Shown: positions 10,521 through 20,427 of the stretch, piece after piece
Position numbering within the stretch: position 1 is the stretch's first letter
Layout: the number at the start of each line of letters is the position of its first letter
NCBI GenBank assembly: GCA_964019335.1
Contig: OZ025685.1
Location: 434,001-498,000, forward strand
Length of the DNA stretch: 64,000 bases
Reading direction: 5' to 3'
Source: Diplonema japonicum
Taxonomy: Eukaryota > Protista > Euglenozoa: Diplonemea
Made by a program: the position numbers and the translations under genes
Notes under the pieces: model-generated
Databases searched by the model: none
The model's input: only the letters and a program-made list of their open reading frames with translations
Told to the model about the DNA's origin: nothing

Positions 10521-12162
10521 CCTCCCCCCCTTTAACTTTCTCTTGGTGGTTTGTTCTTTCCCCCATCATGGCTATTTTTGCCTCTTCCCCCTTCTCGCTT
10601 TATTGGTTCCGTGTGTTAAAAAAAAGAATGCCCCCCCCCCCCCCCCCCCCCCCTTATCCTTATCCAACAGTTCTGCTCAGGTTTTAAAGAGGAATGGCGG
10701 CACATGTCTTTCAGGAAGTTTTTTTTTTTTTTTATACTACCGTGTTAAACAGACAAATGCTGCAGACTTCTTTTACTTTTCTTTTTTTTTTTTTTTTTTT
10801 TTCCCTAAAAAAAGATGAATTTGCTCCGAAATTCTTTGTTCTCCCTTCTTCTTTTTTTTTTTTTTTTTTAAATAATGGTCGGTTATTGCTGGGGCTTTTT
10901 TTCTCTTCTTTGTCGAAAGGAAAAAAATGCGGGTCAAAAAGAACCGCCAATGTGCAATGACAAGGAGAAAAAAAAAAAAGCACTTGATAACGGCCATATT
11001 TAAAAAAAAAAGGGGGGAGAAGAAGAAAAACAAAAAGAAGAAAAGAATGGAAGAAAGAAAAAAAAAGGGGGGAAAGAATAAAACTGAAACCGCAGAAACC
11101 ATGGACTAAACCCATCAGGTAGGTGCAAAGAAAAAAAAAGAAGAAAAAACCTCCTACCTTTTTTTTTTTTTTTTTTTTTTTGTTATTTTTCTTCTCTGTT
11201 ACTTAATGCTAATGTCACTATTCCTCCCCATCCCCCTCCCTCCCACTTCCTTTCCCCTCACTCGCCGGGCTCTAGCTGGCGCAAAAACAGGGTGGTTTTC
11301 GCTATGACTCCAGCCCGAGTAGTTAGGCCGGCTCTTGCCTGTACCCCCCCAAAAAAAAGTCAGTTTTTTTTTCCATTCTTTCCCTTCTAAGATCAGCCCC
11401 TCCTCCCCTCCGACCCGCTCATCCCCGGTGCTTCCCCTTGCCATGGCCTAAAAGGAACTCCATTCATCATGGGCCCTTTTTTTTGATATTTTTTTTGTCA
11501 TCTCTTTCCTTCCCTTTTTTTTCTTAGTCCCAACGCCTCATCGAAGAATTATAAAAAAAGAAAGGAAAAAAAAAATAAGAAGAATAAAAAAAAGAAAAAA
11601 GGAGTGAGGGGGAAAAAAAAGGAGGGAATCAACAAAGCCGTAAACTAAAAAAAAGTGCGTTTTTCTGTATCTTTCAAGGAGGGGAAAGAAGGGGAGGGGG
11701 AGGGGGGAGTCCCTTCTCCCCCCTCTCCCCCCCCCCTTTCTCCCCTTCCTTGTCATTACTGATGTTTTTTGTCTTCTTTCCCTGTTATTAGTTCTTTTTA
11801 TTTTTTATTTACACGCATCGAGACCGATAATGCCAGGGACGAATACTGAGTCCGTGGCGCTAAGATCGAAAGGTGCACCCAAACGGCTAAAGAGGTACAC
11901 CGGGAGACCGAAATTCGCGTCCCATAACAGGGCATGTGAAATACTCGAGAAGCAATGCGCGGTACAGCCGACGCAGAGAAAAGCGTGGACGGATCCTTAC
12001 ATGCCCGACACGGAGCACAACAACCTACCAGAGCGAAGCCCACCAGACCCGTGTAGAAAAGAAATTGCTCAAAAATCAGTGATTTTTAGAGATTCTTCTT
12101 TTTTTTTTTTTTTTTTTTTTCAAAAAGAATTGAAAGGAGGACCATCAAAAAAAAAAAAAAAA

Positions 12163-12360
12163 ATGTTGCTGGACACTATGTACTACATCTACTACCGTGG
12201 GTATGAGCTCGCCACGCTCTGGGGCAACCAGGGTGTTGTGCCCCTCACCTATCTGACTATCGCACTCAGCCTTCTCCTCACCAACGTGAGACAGGATTTT
12301 GAAAGGAACGTACTTTACCACACCACCACAGCCATGCAGGAGCTCACCAGGGAGGACTGA
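12163..12360 (+). CDS. Small 65-aa protein with one hydrophobic segment
   Basis: A-run directly before the ATG, as for neighbouring genes. Coding-like composition is bounded by homopolymers. Hydrophobic stretch VVPLTYLTIALSLLL. Confidence 0.7.
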   Translation: MLLDTMYYIYYRGYELATLWGNQGVVPLTYLTIALSLLLTNVRQDFERNVLYHTTTAMQELTRED

Positions 12361-12643
12361 AAAAGTTTTTAAAAAAAAAATAGTTTTTTTTTTCCCCTTT
12401 CTTTTTAAGTGTTATTTGTTTCAACCCCTCCTTCCCCACCCCCCATTCTTTATTTTAATATCAAACCCACCCTCTCCCCTGTGTGGACTCTGATGAGCAC
12501 AGGTTTCCAGATTTTTTTACCCCCCTTCTCCATTTTATTTATTACTTTTTTTTTACATTCTTTTTTTTTCTTTTTTAAATCTAATTTTCTTTTTTTTTTT
12601 TACAAAAAATGAAGAAGTAGGGAGAGCGTGAGGGGGGGAAGAG

Positions 12644-13270
12644 ATGAGACGGGAATCGACCACAAGCCAGCAACAAGGCCGTATACAATTCTCCCCGGAA
12701 CTGCTTAAGAAGATCGAGAAGCTTCCGAAGCCGAACAGCATACGGCTGAAAATAATATCGATAGGAGACGAGGGCGTGGGCAAGAGCTGCCTCATCAAAC
12801 GGTTCTGCGAGGAGCAATTCGTGAAGGTATATGTGACTACTATAGGCGTAGATTTCGGTGTCAAACTTGCCCGGGTAGGAAGGGGCAAGACAACCGCAAA
12901 AGTAAATTTCTGGGACCTTTCCGGCAACCCCGAGTACTTCGAGATCCGGAACGAATTCTACGCCGACGCCGGTGGGATACTTTTTGTCTATGACGTGACC
13001 AAGCCCTCCACGTTCGCTAACCTAGAAACATGGTGGAACGAGGCGACTCAGTTTGGTGCAAAACCCGGTGTTCCAGTGGCAGTCTGTGGCAATAAACAAG
13101 ATCTGCTCGCTGCAAAGCCGACAGGTGCCGTGGTGCCGCCCGACCGAGCCAAGGCATGGTGTCAATCCCATGGTTTTAAATATTACGAAACATCGGCTTG
13201 CACGGCGCAGGGTGTGGACGAGATGTTCAGCCAGTTGTTCGACGGCGCCTACGCTTTCAGCACGCCGTGA
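12644..13270 (+). CDS. RJL: RJL-family small GTPase (DNAJC27/RBJ-like, without J domain)
   Basis: KIISIGDEGVGKSCLIKRFCE, TTIGVDFG, WDLSGNPEYFEIRNEFY (no catalytic Gln), GNKQD, ETSA; no C-terminal prenylation motif. Confidence 0.85.
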   Translation: MRRESTTSQQQGRIQFSPELLKKIEKLPKPNSIRLKIISIGDEGVGKSCLIKRFCEEQFVKVYVTTIGVDFGVKLARVGRGKTTAKVNFWDLSGNPEYFEIRNEFYADAGGILFVYDVTKPSTFANLETWWNEATQFGAKPGVPVAVCGNKQDLLAAKPTGAVVPPDRAKAWCQSHGFKYYETSACTAQGVDEMFSQLFDGAYAFSTP

Positions 13271-13390
13271 GATCCCCCCCCCCTTTAAATGTTTCATAAT
13301 TTTTTTTTTCTTTCTAGACGTAGTCTTTACCATGTACTGTTGGCACTCGATTCACCCATTCCCAAAAAAGAAGAAAAAAGAAGAAGAAGG

Positions 13391-13419
<29 letters not shown>

Positions 13420-13421
<2 letters not shown>

Positions 13422-14376
13422 GGCTGCCCACCGAAAAGTGGGCGCAAGCAGTAATAAAAAGCCCACCAACGGGGTGTGGTCAGCTGTCGCCATTCAAAAA
13501 CATTTCATGGAGGAGATGGGCATGAGCGGGGAAAGGAGGACGAGGGGGCGACGGAGCCTCGCGCAGAAAATAGGCGTTCTACCAGAAACGAAAAAGCTGG
13601 CAGAGGAAGAATGGGAACGGGTCGGAAAGGAGAGCGACAAGCAGCAGCGTTCGGAGGAACCATGCAGCATCTGCCACGAGCAGTACACGGACAAGGTGGA
13701 CCAGGTACTTCTCTCCTGCGGACATGTGTTTCACACAAAATGCATGCGAAACTTGGAACTTTTCGCACGGAGAACAGCAACAGCCGCACCCCCAGCATGC
13801 CCACTGTGCAGAACCGCCGATTACGAAAAGCGAAACTACGATGGAGGGAAACGAGTTTATCACCACAAGATGGCCACAAAGATACAAAAGGTGTGGAGGG
13901 GTTTCTCCACAAGAAGAGCGGTTTTAATGTGGAAGATGGAGACAGACCCCGTGTTCAGAGAGGAGATGCACTTCCAGCTTGTGAAGAGAATTTCCAACGA
14001 AGAGCTGTACCGTGCTGAGCAGCGTGCTAATGATTTAAACAGTTTCTTTGAAAAACTGGACAGGAAGCGCACCGCTGCAACCCTCCACACCATCACCCTC
14101 ACGGACTGGGAGACGGCCCGAAGAGACCTTCTGTCACGCGGAGTGGAGGACTGCATCATATGCATGAACCCCTTAGCTATCCCGGTCACCTCTGCTGCTA
14201 CCAACACCACCGATGTTTCTCTTGCTGCCCAGTCGGTTCTCTTGTCATGCTCGCACGCCTTCCACGCCCCTTGCCTTGCGTCGTTTGAGGAATTCGAGAG
14301 GTGCGGTTGCATCGAAGACAGGAAATGCCCGATTTGCCGAGCACCTTACATTACACAGCCTTTGTATGGTGAATAA
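13420..14376 (+). CDS. RNF32: RNF32-like protein: RING-H2 / IQ / RING-H2
   Basis: Two RING-H2 fingers (CSIC..SCGHVFH..CPLCR; CIIC..SCSHAFH..CPICR) flank an IQ motif (IQKVWRGF). N-terminal AVAIQKH and LAQKIG motifs. Confidence 0.8.
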
Positions 14377-14505
14377 AGGTGAAGGATTTTTTTTTTTTTT
14401 TTTTTGTTCTGTAGTAATTTTTTTTTGTCCTAACCTTGTTTCTTCTTCTTCTTAGTGGTTTTTTTTAAAAAAAAAAGGGGGTGAAGGGAAAAAAAAAAAG
14501 AAGAA

Positions 14506-15471
14506 ATGGCCAAGAAAAAGAAATCCGGCAAAGGCCACCACCACAGAGGGCATCAAGAAGACAACGAGGACAGCAACACCGTCGGCATTTTGACGGTGTT
14601 GGCGGAGTGGCTGCGAAGGATGTGGGCGGCAATCGTTCAGATCCTCGGGCTGCAACAACGACCTGCCCCCACCACCCCCTCGCCCACACCGAGCACACGG
14701 CAACAAGCCACCGACGCCGCAGAAGAAAAAAACGACGACAAACTTGAAAACGAAGAAAGCCGTGGCGTGATACCATTCAAATTCAAGAAATTAAAAGAAC
14801 ACATGGGAGGGGTGTATCTTGTCAGACACGGGGAAAGGGAGGACCACACCAACCAAGGGTGGAAAGGAAGATACAAAGCAGACCCACCTCTATCAAAAAG
14901 AGGGCTCAGGCAAGCCGAAGATACAGGGTCTTTCCTAACAGACAGCGAACCGAGACCAGTGGTGATCTTCTGCTCACCGTTTCTCCGCACGCTGCAGACA
15001 GCCGGGGAGATCGCAAGGTCGATGAAGGTTCCGATATGTGTGGAACCGGGGCTGTCTGAGTTTTTGAGCGCCAGGACGTTTAAAGCAGAACCGAAGCTGA
15101 ACCCGTCCAGCATGGAAGGACTGCCCATTGACAGTTCATACACACCCCTCCTCAGCAACCTCCCCTCCTTCCCTGAAAAGGAACATCAAGCCGCGCAGCG
15201 TTTCCTTTCCACCGTGACCGCCTTGGCAGATCTTAACCCAACAGCCTCCATCATCTGCGTGACGCATCGGTTTGGTGCTGCGTCTCTGATCGATTCCTGC
15301 CTATCCCGGATACGATCTGCGACAGTACGCCCCGTGGGGTACTGCTCCGTGACTTGTCTTGTCAGAAAAGGTCCCACTAGGAACAAAGCGGAGAAGGGCT
15401 GGGGCTACCAAGGCGAGATCGCCGGGGTCAGCCACCTGGTCGAGTCGTCATCGATGTACTTCAAACGATGA
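14506..15471 (+). CDS. Histidine phosphatase superfamily (phosphoglycerate-mutase-like)
   Basis: LVRHGERED, DPPLS, SPFLRTLQTA, EPGLSE, CVTH. Confidence 0.9.
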   Translation: MAKKKKSGKGHHHRGHQEDNEDSNTVGILTVLAEWLRRMWAAIVQILGLQQRPAPTTPSPTPSTRQQATDAAEEKNDDKLENEESRGVIPFKFKKLKEHMGGVYLVRHGEREDHTNQGWKGRYKADPPLSKRGLRQAEDTGSFLTDSEPRPVVIFCSPFLRTLQTAGEIARSMKVPICVEPGLSEFLSARTFKAEPKLNPSSMEGLPIDSSYTPLLSNLPSFPEKEHQAAQRFLSTVTALADLNPTASIICVTHRFGAASLIDSCLSRIRSATVRPVGYCSVTCLVRKGPTRNKAEKGWGYQGEIAGVSHLVESSSMYFKR

Positions 15472-15623
15472 TTTTTTTTTTTTTAATATATTTTGCATGA
15501 ACAAGAAAAACAATATATCGATGATGAATTGTTAGTGCTAAAAAAAGAGTAGTGGTAGCATTTGTCGGGGCTTATCCTTTTTACCGGTTAACCCCGGCTG
15601 TGCACAAAACAACAATCAACAGA

Positions 15624-15677
<54 letters not shown>

Positions 15678-15754
15678 CCCGCAATCCCACAAAAAAAAAA
15701 AAAAAAAAAAAAAAAGGGGTAAGGGGGAAAACACACAAAAAAAAAAAAAAAAAA

Positions 15755-16804
15755 ATGGCGGATGAAACCCCTACCCGGTTTTTCATAGTGGGCGACATCG
15801 GGCACCCCGGCGTGCATCGTGCCAGGGTGGCGAAGGCGATGGGGGCGATGATACCGGCTTTAAATCCGTTGTTCGTGCTCACAACGGGCGACAACATCTA
15901 CGGGGAGCCGACCGACAATACCTTCGAAGACTTGAAAACCGAAATGTTGGATGAGGTCCCACTTCCGTGGTACGTCACACTGGGGAACCACGACGTTGGG
16001 TCAAAGGAGTTCGCGTGGCACATGCGAGACTACAACAGCCCGGAACACAAATGGGAATGGTACTGCCCGTCCCCATGCTACCACCTCAACACGGCGTACC
16101 GAACCACCAAGGGCCCGGAGCTCCCTACATACCTCGATATCCTAGTTGTAAACACCAACAAGTACAACACACATGCTAAGGCAGGCGGTGTCTCAATGGG
16201 CCTCCGATGGTGGGGCGATCAAAAGAAATTCGTTAGAAACCACATGAACACCTCCCGAGCAACATGGAAAATCGTGGTAGGCCACCACCCCATCGAGTAC
16301 ATCCCTCAAGGTGTGTTAGAACACAGGATACCCGGGATCCGTTACATTCCAACCACATTCATGAAAGGCGGGTTGAAGAGCAGGGCGAAGGGGACCTCAA
16401 TGAGGGATGCTATCGTTGACACATCAAATTTGTACATTTGCGGGCATCAGCATTTGACAGCGCACTTTGTGAAGGAAGAGGGGAAGTGTGAGTTTAGCCT
16501 TATCGGCAACTCATCTAAGGTGGAGGACACAGTTACGCTGAGCGGCGACGAACGAGCTAGCGATACCTCATCATCTTCGTCTGATGGGGACGGGTTCAAA
16601 AGCAAACTGAAATCCAAGTTTCTCTCGAAGTTTGCAGCCAAGACCGACGAAGACAAGTATGCTTCCTTCTGGCACAGCAATGACACTGTGGGCTTCGCGG
16701 TGGCGGAGGCATCTTATTCCTACCTGCACCTTACTTATTACTCCGTAGACCACAATGGGAACGTAAGGGAAACCAATAGACAGTCCATTACCAGACCGAA
16801 GTAA
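15755..16804 (+). CDS. Calcineurin-like metallophosphoesterase, PAP-type, no signal peptide
   Basis: GDIG, GDNIY, GNHD, GHHP and GHQH motifs. Confidence 0.88.
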   Translation: MADETPTRFFIVGDIGHPGVHRARVAKAMGAMIPALNPLFVLTTGDNIYGEPTDNTFEDLKTEMLDEVPLPWYVTLGNHDVGSKEFAWHMRDYNSPEHKWEWYCPSPCYHLNTAYRTTKGPELPTYLDILVVNTNKYNTHAKAGGVSMGLRWWGDQKKFVRNHMNTSRATWKIVVGHHPIEYIPQGVLEHRIPGIRYIPTTFMKGGLKSRAKGTSMRDAIVDTSNLYICGHQHLTAHFVKEEGKCEFSLIGNSSKVEDTVTLSGDERASDTSSSSSDGDGFKSKLKSKFLSKFAAKTDEDKYASFWHSNDTVGFAVAEASYSYLHLTYYSVDHNGNVRETNRQSITRPK

Positions 16805-17263
16805 AGGCTTTTACAACAAAAGAAAAGAGAAAAAAAAAGATTTTTTTTTGTTTAAGACACGTCGAAGACTCGTTCTTGCAAGAAAATAAAAAAATAAAAA
16901 TAAAGGGGGGGGTGAAGAATAACGTGCGGAAAATTCCTTGTTCTATAAAGATTTTTTTTCTTCTTTCCCCCCCCCCTTTTTTTTTAGTTCCCTCCCTCTT
17001 TGGTCGGGGTGTGTGGGGGGTTTTTTTTTTTATTCTTCGTTCTTGCTTCGACATTTCAAGATGGCAAGGCAATGTCCTTTTTTTTTTTTTCCAATTGTGG
17101 TCACTGTCCTCCACTTATGGAACAACCGTAATAGCTGCCAAAGGTGCCGACAAACAACACCTTGCATATGCCTGTCGTTAAAGATTTGTTTAAAAATCAA
17201 ACACAGGGAGCGGTATTTTTCCCGTAATACAAAAAAGAAAAAAAAAAAGAAACGTAAAAAAGA

Positions 17264-18946
17264 ATGTTCTGCAGATTGGTTGTCTTGTGCTTCTGTGCAG
17301 CGGGGACACTAGCGACGCTGCCAATGGTGCCACTCCAGCCTGCGAAGGAAGACGTATCCGTGGCTGCAAGGACCAAGCTGGTTGAGCAGATCAACATGCG
17401 ACGTGCCCAGCATGGGACGTGCTCCGACGTGAAGTGGGATGCTGCGCTGGCAGCACAGGTCAAGGACACAGTGGAGGATAACATGAAGTGCACACCTACA
17501 CCCGACACTTTTGGAATCACCACCTACTCGACATGGGTGACCACCTTCCAGACCACCCCCGTTCCTGTGTGGAATCCCACTATTGCCGTCAATGAGTGGT
17601 TTTTTTCCTCCGGTTTCTTGAACAGCAATCTCTTCTGGAACACAGTCACAAAGGTCGGCTGTGCGCAGTGCCGTGACGGCATCGTCAACAATGGGCACAT
17701 GGTCTACGTGACCTGCCGCTTCACTGAGGTCACTGGCACCGATATCGCCTTCAACACGGACCCTCAAAACGCCGTCTGCGACAGGTGTGCAGCTGTCACT
17801 TGTCCCCCTGTCGACCCTACCCAGTGCATCCAGAGCCAAACCTGCGACTCTTCCACAGGGAGCTGCTTCCCCACACTGAAGCCCGACAACACTCCTTGTG
17901 ACGATGGTGACGCAATCACTCAATTCGACTCGTGCACGAATGGTGTGTGCACTGGCTTTGACCTGTGTGCGGGAGTAACCTGCCAATCCCCCCCGGGTCA
18001 GTGCTTCGCTGCCGCGACTTGCGATCACAGCACTGGCATCTGCCCTGCCAACCCCACCAAGCCCGACAACACTCCTTGTGACGATGGTGACGCAAGCACA
18101 GACTTCGACTTGTGCACGAATGGTGTGTGCGCTGGCTTTGACCTGTGTGCGGGAATAACCTGCCAGCCTTTGGACGAATGCCACGTGGTTGGGGCCTGTG
18201 TTGGGGGTGTTTGCACCAACCCATCGAAGCCCGACAAGACACCATGCAGGGGTGGGGCGGGAGAGTGCATGGGAGGGAAGTGCCTGGACGTAAGTGTCTG
18301 CAGGGCAACCCCCGCGTCTGCAAAGCACGGAGGCACGGCTCTGGTTGGAAGCCCCATTGCGGCAGCTGACCTGACAGCAGCACACACGGAGCCTCTGGAC
18401 AAGGGGTACCTGCAGGACTTCTCACAGGTGGCAATGTCGGGTGTGGAGGACGGGCTAGTGTACAGGCTTCCGGGGGACAGCTTGGACGAGGAGCTCGTGT
18501 TCAAGTGCCCTGTGGGGTGCGGAGGGCAGTGCGAGGTGTATGTGGTGGGGTACCACTGCCCGGCATGCCAGTTGTCGATGAAGCACGGAGTGGTGAAGAC
18601 AGCACAGGAGGCCGGGTGGGAGGTGGCACCGTGTGCACCTGAGCTGCACGTGGATGGGAAGAAGCAACCTATGGTGTCGATGCGGAGGGTGATTGCGGCT
18701 GGGGGGAGTGCGTCCTTCCCGTCGGCAGGGGGCGTGAGCGGGCTCGCTCTGTCATTTACCAGGAAGGCTTCGAAGGCCGTACCTGACTGTGCAGCGCAAG
18801 ACAGCACCTCGTGCGACGGGGTCGTTGGGTGCAAGCTCCACAACCAGGAGTGCCGCACAGAAGGGTGGTGTCCCAGGAGGTTCTCCAAAGGACCCTTTGT
18901 ACCCCGCACTGGGCCCGGCTGCTCCTCATGGTGTTTGAGTGCTTGA
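17264..18946 (+). CDS. Secreted CAP/SCP-domain protein with Cys-rich repeats and conserved C-terminal domain (copy A)
   Basis: Signal peptide; CAP-like N..RAQH, WDAALA, W..VTKVGCA, CRF; ~60-aa repeats KPDNTPCDDGD..CTNGVC. Confidence 0.85.
   Translation: MFCRLVVLCFCAAGTLATLPMVPLQPAKEDVSVAARTKLVEQINMRRAQHGTCSDVKWDAALAAQVKDTVEDNMKCTPTPDTFGITTYSTWVTTFQTTPVPVWNPTIAVNEWFFSSGFLNSNLFWNTVTKVGCAQCRDGIVNNGHMVYVTCRFTEVTGTDIAFNTDPQNAVCDRCAAVTCPPVDPTQCIQSQTCDSSTGSCFPTLKPDNTPCDDGDAITQFDSCTNGVCTGFDLCAGVTCQSPPGQCFAAATCDHSTGICPANPTKPDNTPCDDGDASTDFDLCTNGVCAGFDLCAGITCQPLDECHVVGACVGGVCTNPSKPDKTPCRGGAGECMGGKCLDVSVCRATPASAKHGGTALVGSPIAAADLTAAHTEPLDKGYLQDFSQVAMSGVEDGLVYRLPGDSLDEELVFKCPVGCGGQCEVYVVGYHCPACQLSMKHGVVKTAQEAGWEVAPCAPELHVDGKKQPMVSMRRVIAAGGSASFPSAGGVSGLALSFTRKASKAVPDCAAQDSTSCDGVVGCKLHNQECRTEGWCPRRFSKGPFVPRTGPGCSSWCLSA
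18048..18946 (+). repeat. Direct repeat of 21047-21957 (near-identical 3' cassette)
   Basis: By-eye alignment shows 3 substitutions plus one altered linker (12-nt net indel) over ~900 nt. Confidence 0.95.
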
Positions 18947-19580
18947 ACAAAGCCGTGAGGAAAATGAGACGAAACGAAAAAAAAAACAAATTAACTGCAC
19001 AATTCTTAATTAGATCTACAAATCAAAACTCCCACTGCCTTTGGAGAGTTATGTATTCAACAACAAACGGGACTGGACTCTTTTCTTTTCCCCTTTTTTT
19101 TTTTCTTTTCTTCTCTCTTTTTTTTTCTTCTCTTCATTTCTAAAGAAGTCATCTGGAAAAAAAAAAAAAAGAAACGAAAAAGAAAGCGAAGAAGAAATAT
19201 AAATAGAAGGTACATTTATAGGGAGAAAAAAAGAGTACTTTCTGTGCGAGGAAGTGTTTGCGCACTCTTCTGTACTTGGTCCCCCCCCCCCCCTTCTTTT
19301 CCCCCAATCTTGTTCAATTCATTCTGTTCTAAAAAAAGAAGGAAAGGTACACCTGACGTGTATATTTTCTCTTCTTTTTTTTGGTGGGGGTCCACCTTTC
19401 CCCTCTCGCAGCTTAATTTTATTTTAAGTAAACTATACCCTGATTCCTCCCCCCCCCCCCCCCCCTTTCAAGCCGAGTGTGTTCCACAACTGACTTACAT
19501 CTAGCTGTTTGACACCCTTTTAAGCACGTGGACAACGGTCAGAAATCTTATTACTCGGATTAAATTTATATATTTTTAGG

Positions 19581-19613
<33 letters not shown>

Positions 19614-19689
19614 AGCAACTATAAGAGCAAACAAAGAGGAAACCCCGTGCTCCCCCCCCCCCCTTTATAAATGTCTCTTTTTATTTTAT

Positions 19690-19730
19690 AGGCGATCCTG
19701 TCACATACTGCAGGTTCCCTTCAACGACTC
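19690..19730 (+). repeat. ~40-nt conserved intergenic element, copy 1 (copy 2 at 30090-30130)
   Basis: aggcgatcctgtcacatactgcaggttcccttcaacgactc versus aggtgatcctgtcacat-ctgcaggttcccttcaaagacatc. Confidence 0.85.
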
Positions 19731-20427
19731 CTTTTTTTTTTTTGAAATGTTGGCAGTGTTACAAATAAAGCCTCTTTATTCCGTAATGCACTGGCGAGGA
19801 AATAACTTCACTTATTATTTTATTTTATTGTTATTAATTTTTTTTATTGTTAGAAGAAAAAAAAAAAAAAAAAAAAAAAAAAGCACAAGGCCATCTGTTA
19901 TTTATTTAAAAAAATTGTTTGCCTTAGGGGATTACCTCTCAGCATAGTTCAATTCCTATTTTTTTTTTTCTCCTATGTAATGCTTTTTTTTTTTTATATT
20001 TTCTTTTTTCTTTTGGGAGAAGTATACTTTTCGTTCCCCAAAGAAACAAAAAAAAAGAAATTTTCACTTACCGCAGTTCTTAAAATTCGTGTTAAATACT
20101 CGGTAAGAATCCAAAAAAAAAAAAAGAAAATGGCTCTGAAGTATCAACTGCAGAGTGATACATAAGGGTTTTCGGTCCGGTCGGGAAACCCCGTCACAAT
20201 CTCCCTCTGCATATCCTTTCATCCCCCCCCCCCCCCCCCCCTCTCCTACTTATACTGATGGGAAGTTTGCTAAAATTCTTCCCTCTCTCCTCCCCGTCCC
20301 TCCCATAGACCCATTTATTATCTCCCACTCTTGTTTTTTTTTTTTTTTTTTTTTTTAAATTATTATTTCCTGTTTTTATTTCAAAACCTCAAAAAAAAAA
20401 AAAAAAGATCTAAATTGCAAACTCACC

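Noticed and set aside
12477-12505. CTGATGAG within a small hairpin downstream of the TGA-ending microprotein (hammerhead core, SECIS or C box?)
   Set aside because: No GAAA or stem II for a hammerhead, too short and lacking the AA loop for a SECIS, and no nearby D box.
3506-16804. Phosphorus-scavenging gene cluster (three phosphatases plus the distant phosphonate enzyme)
   Set aside because: The genes are interspersed with unrelated ones, and polycistronic units are generally not functionally clustered.
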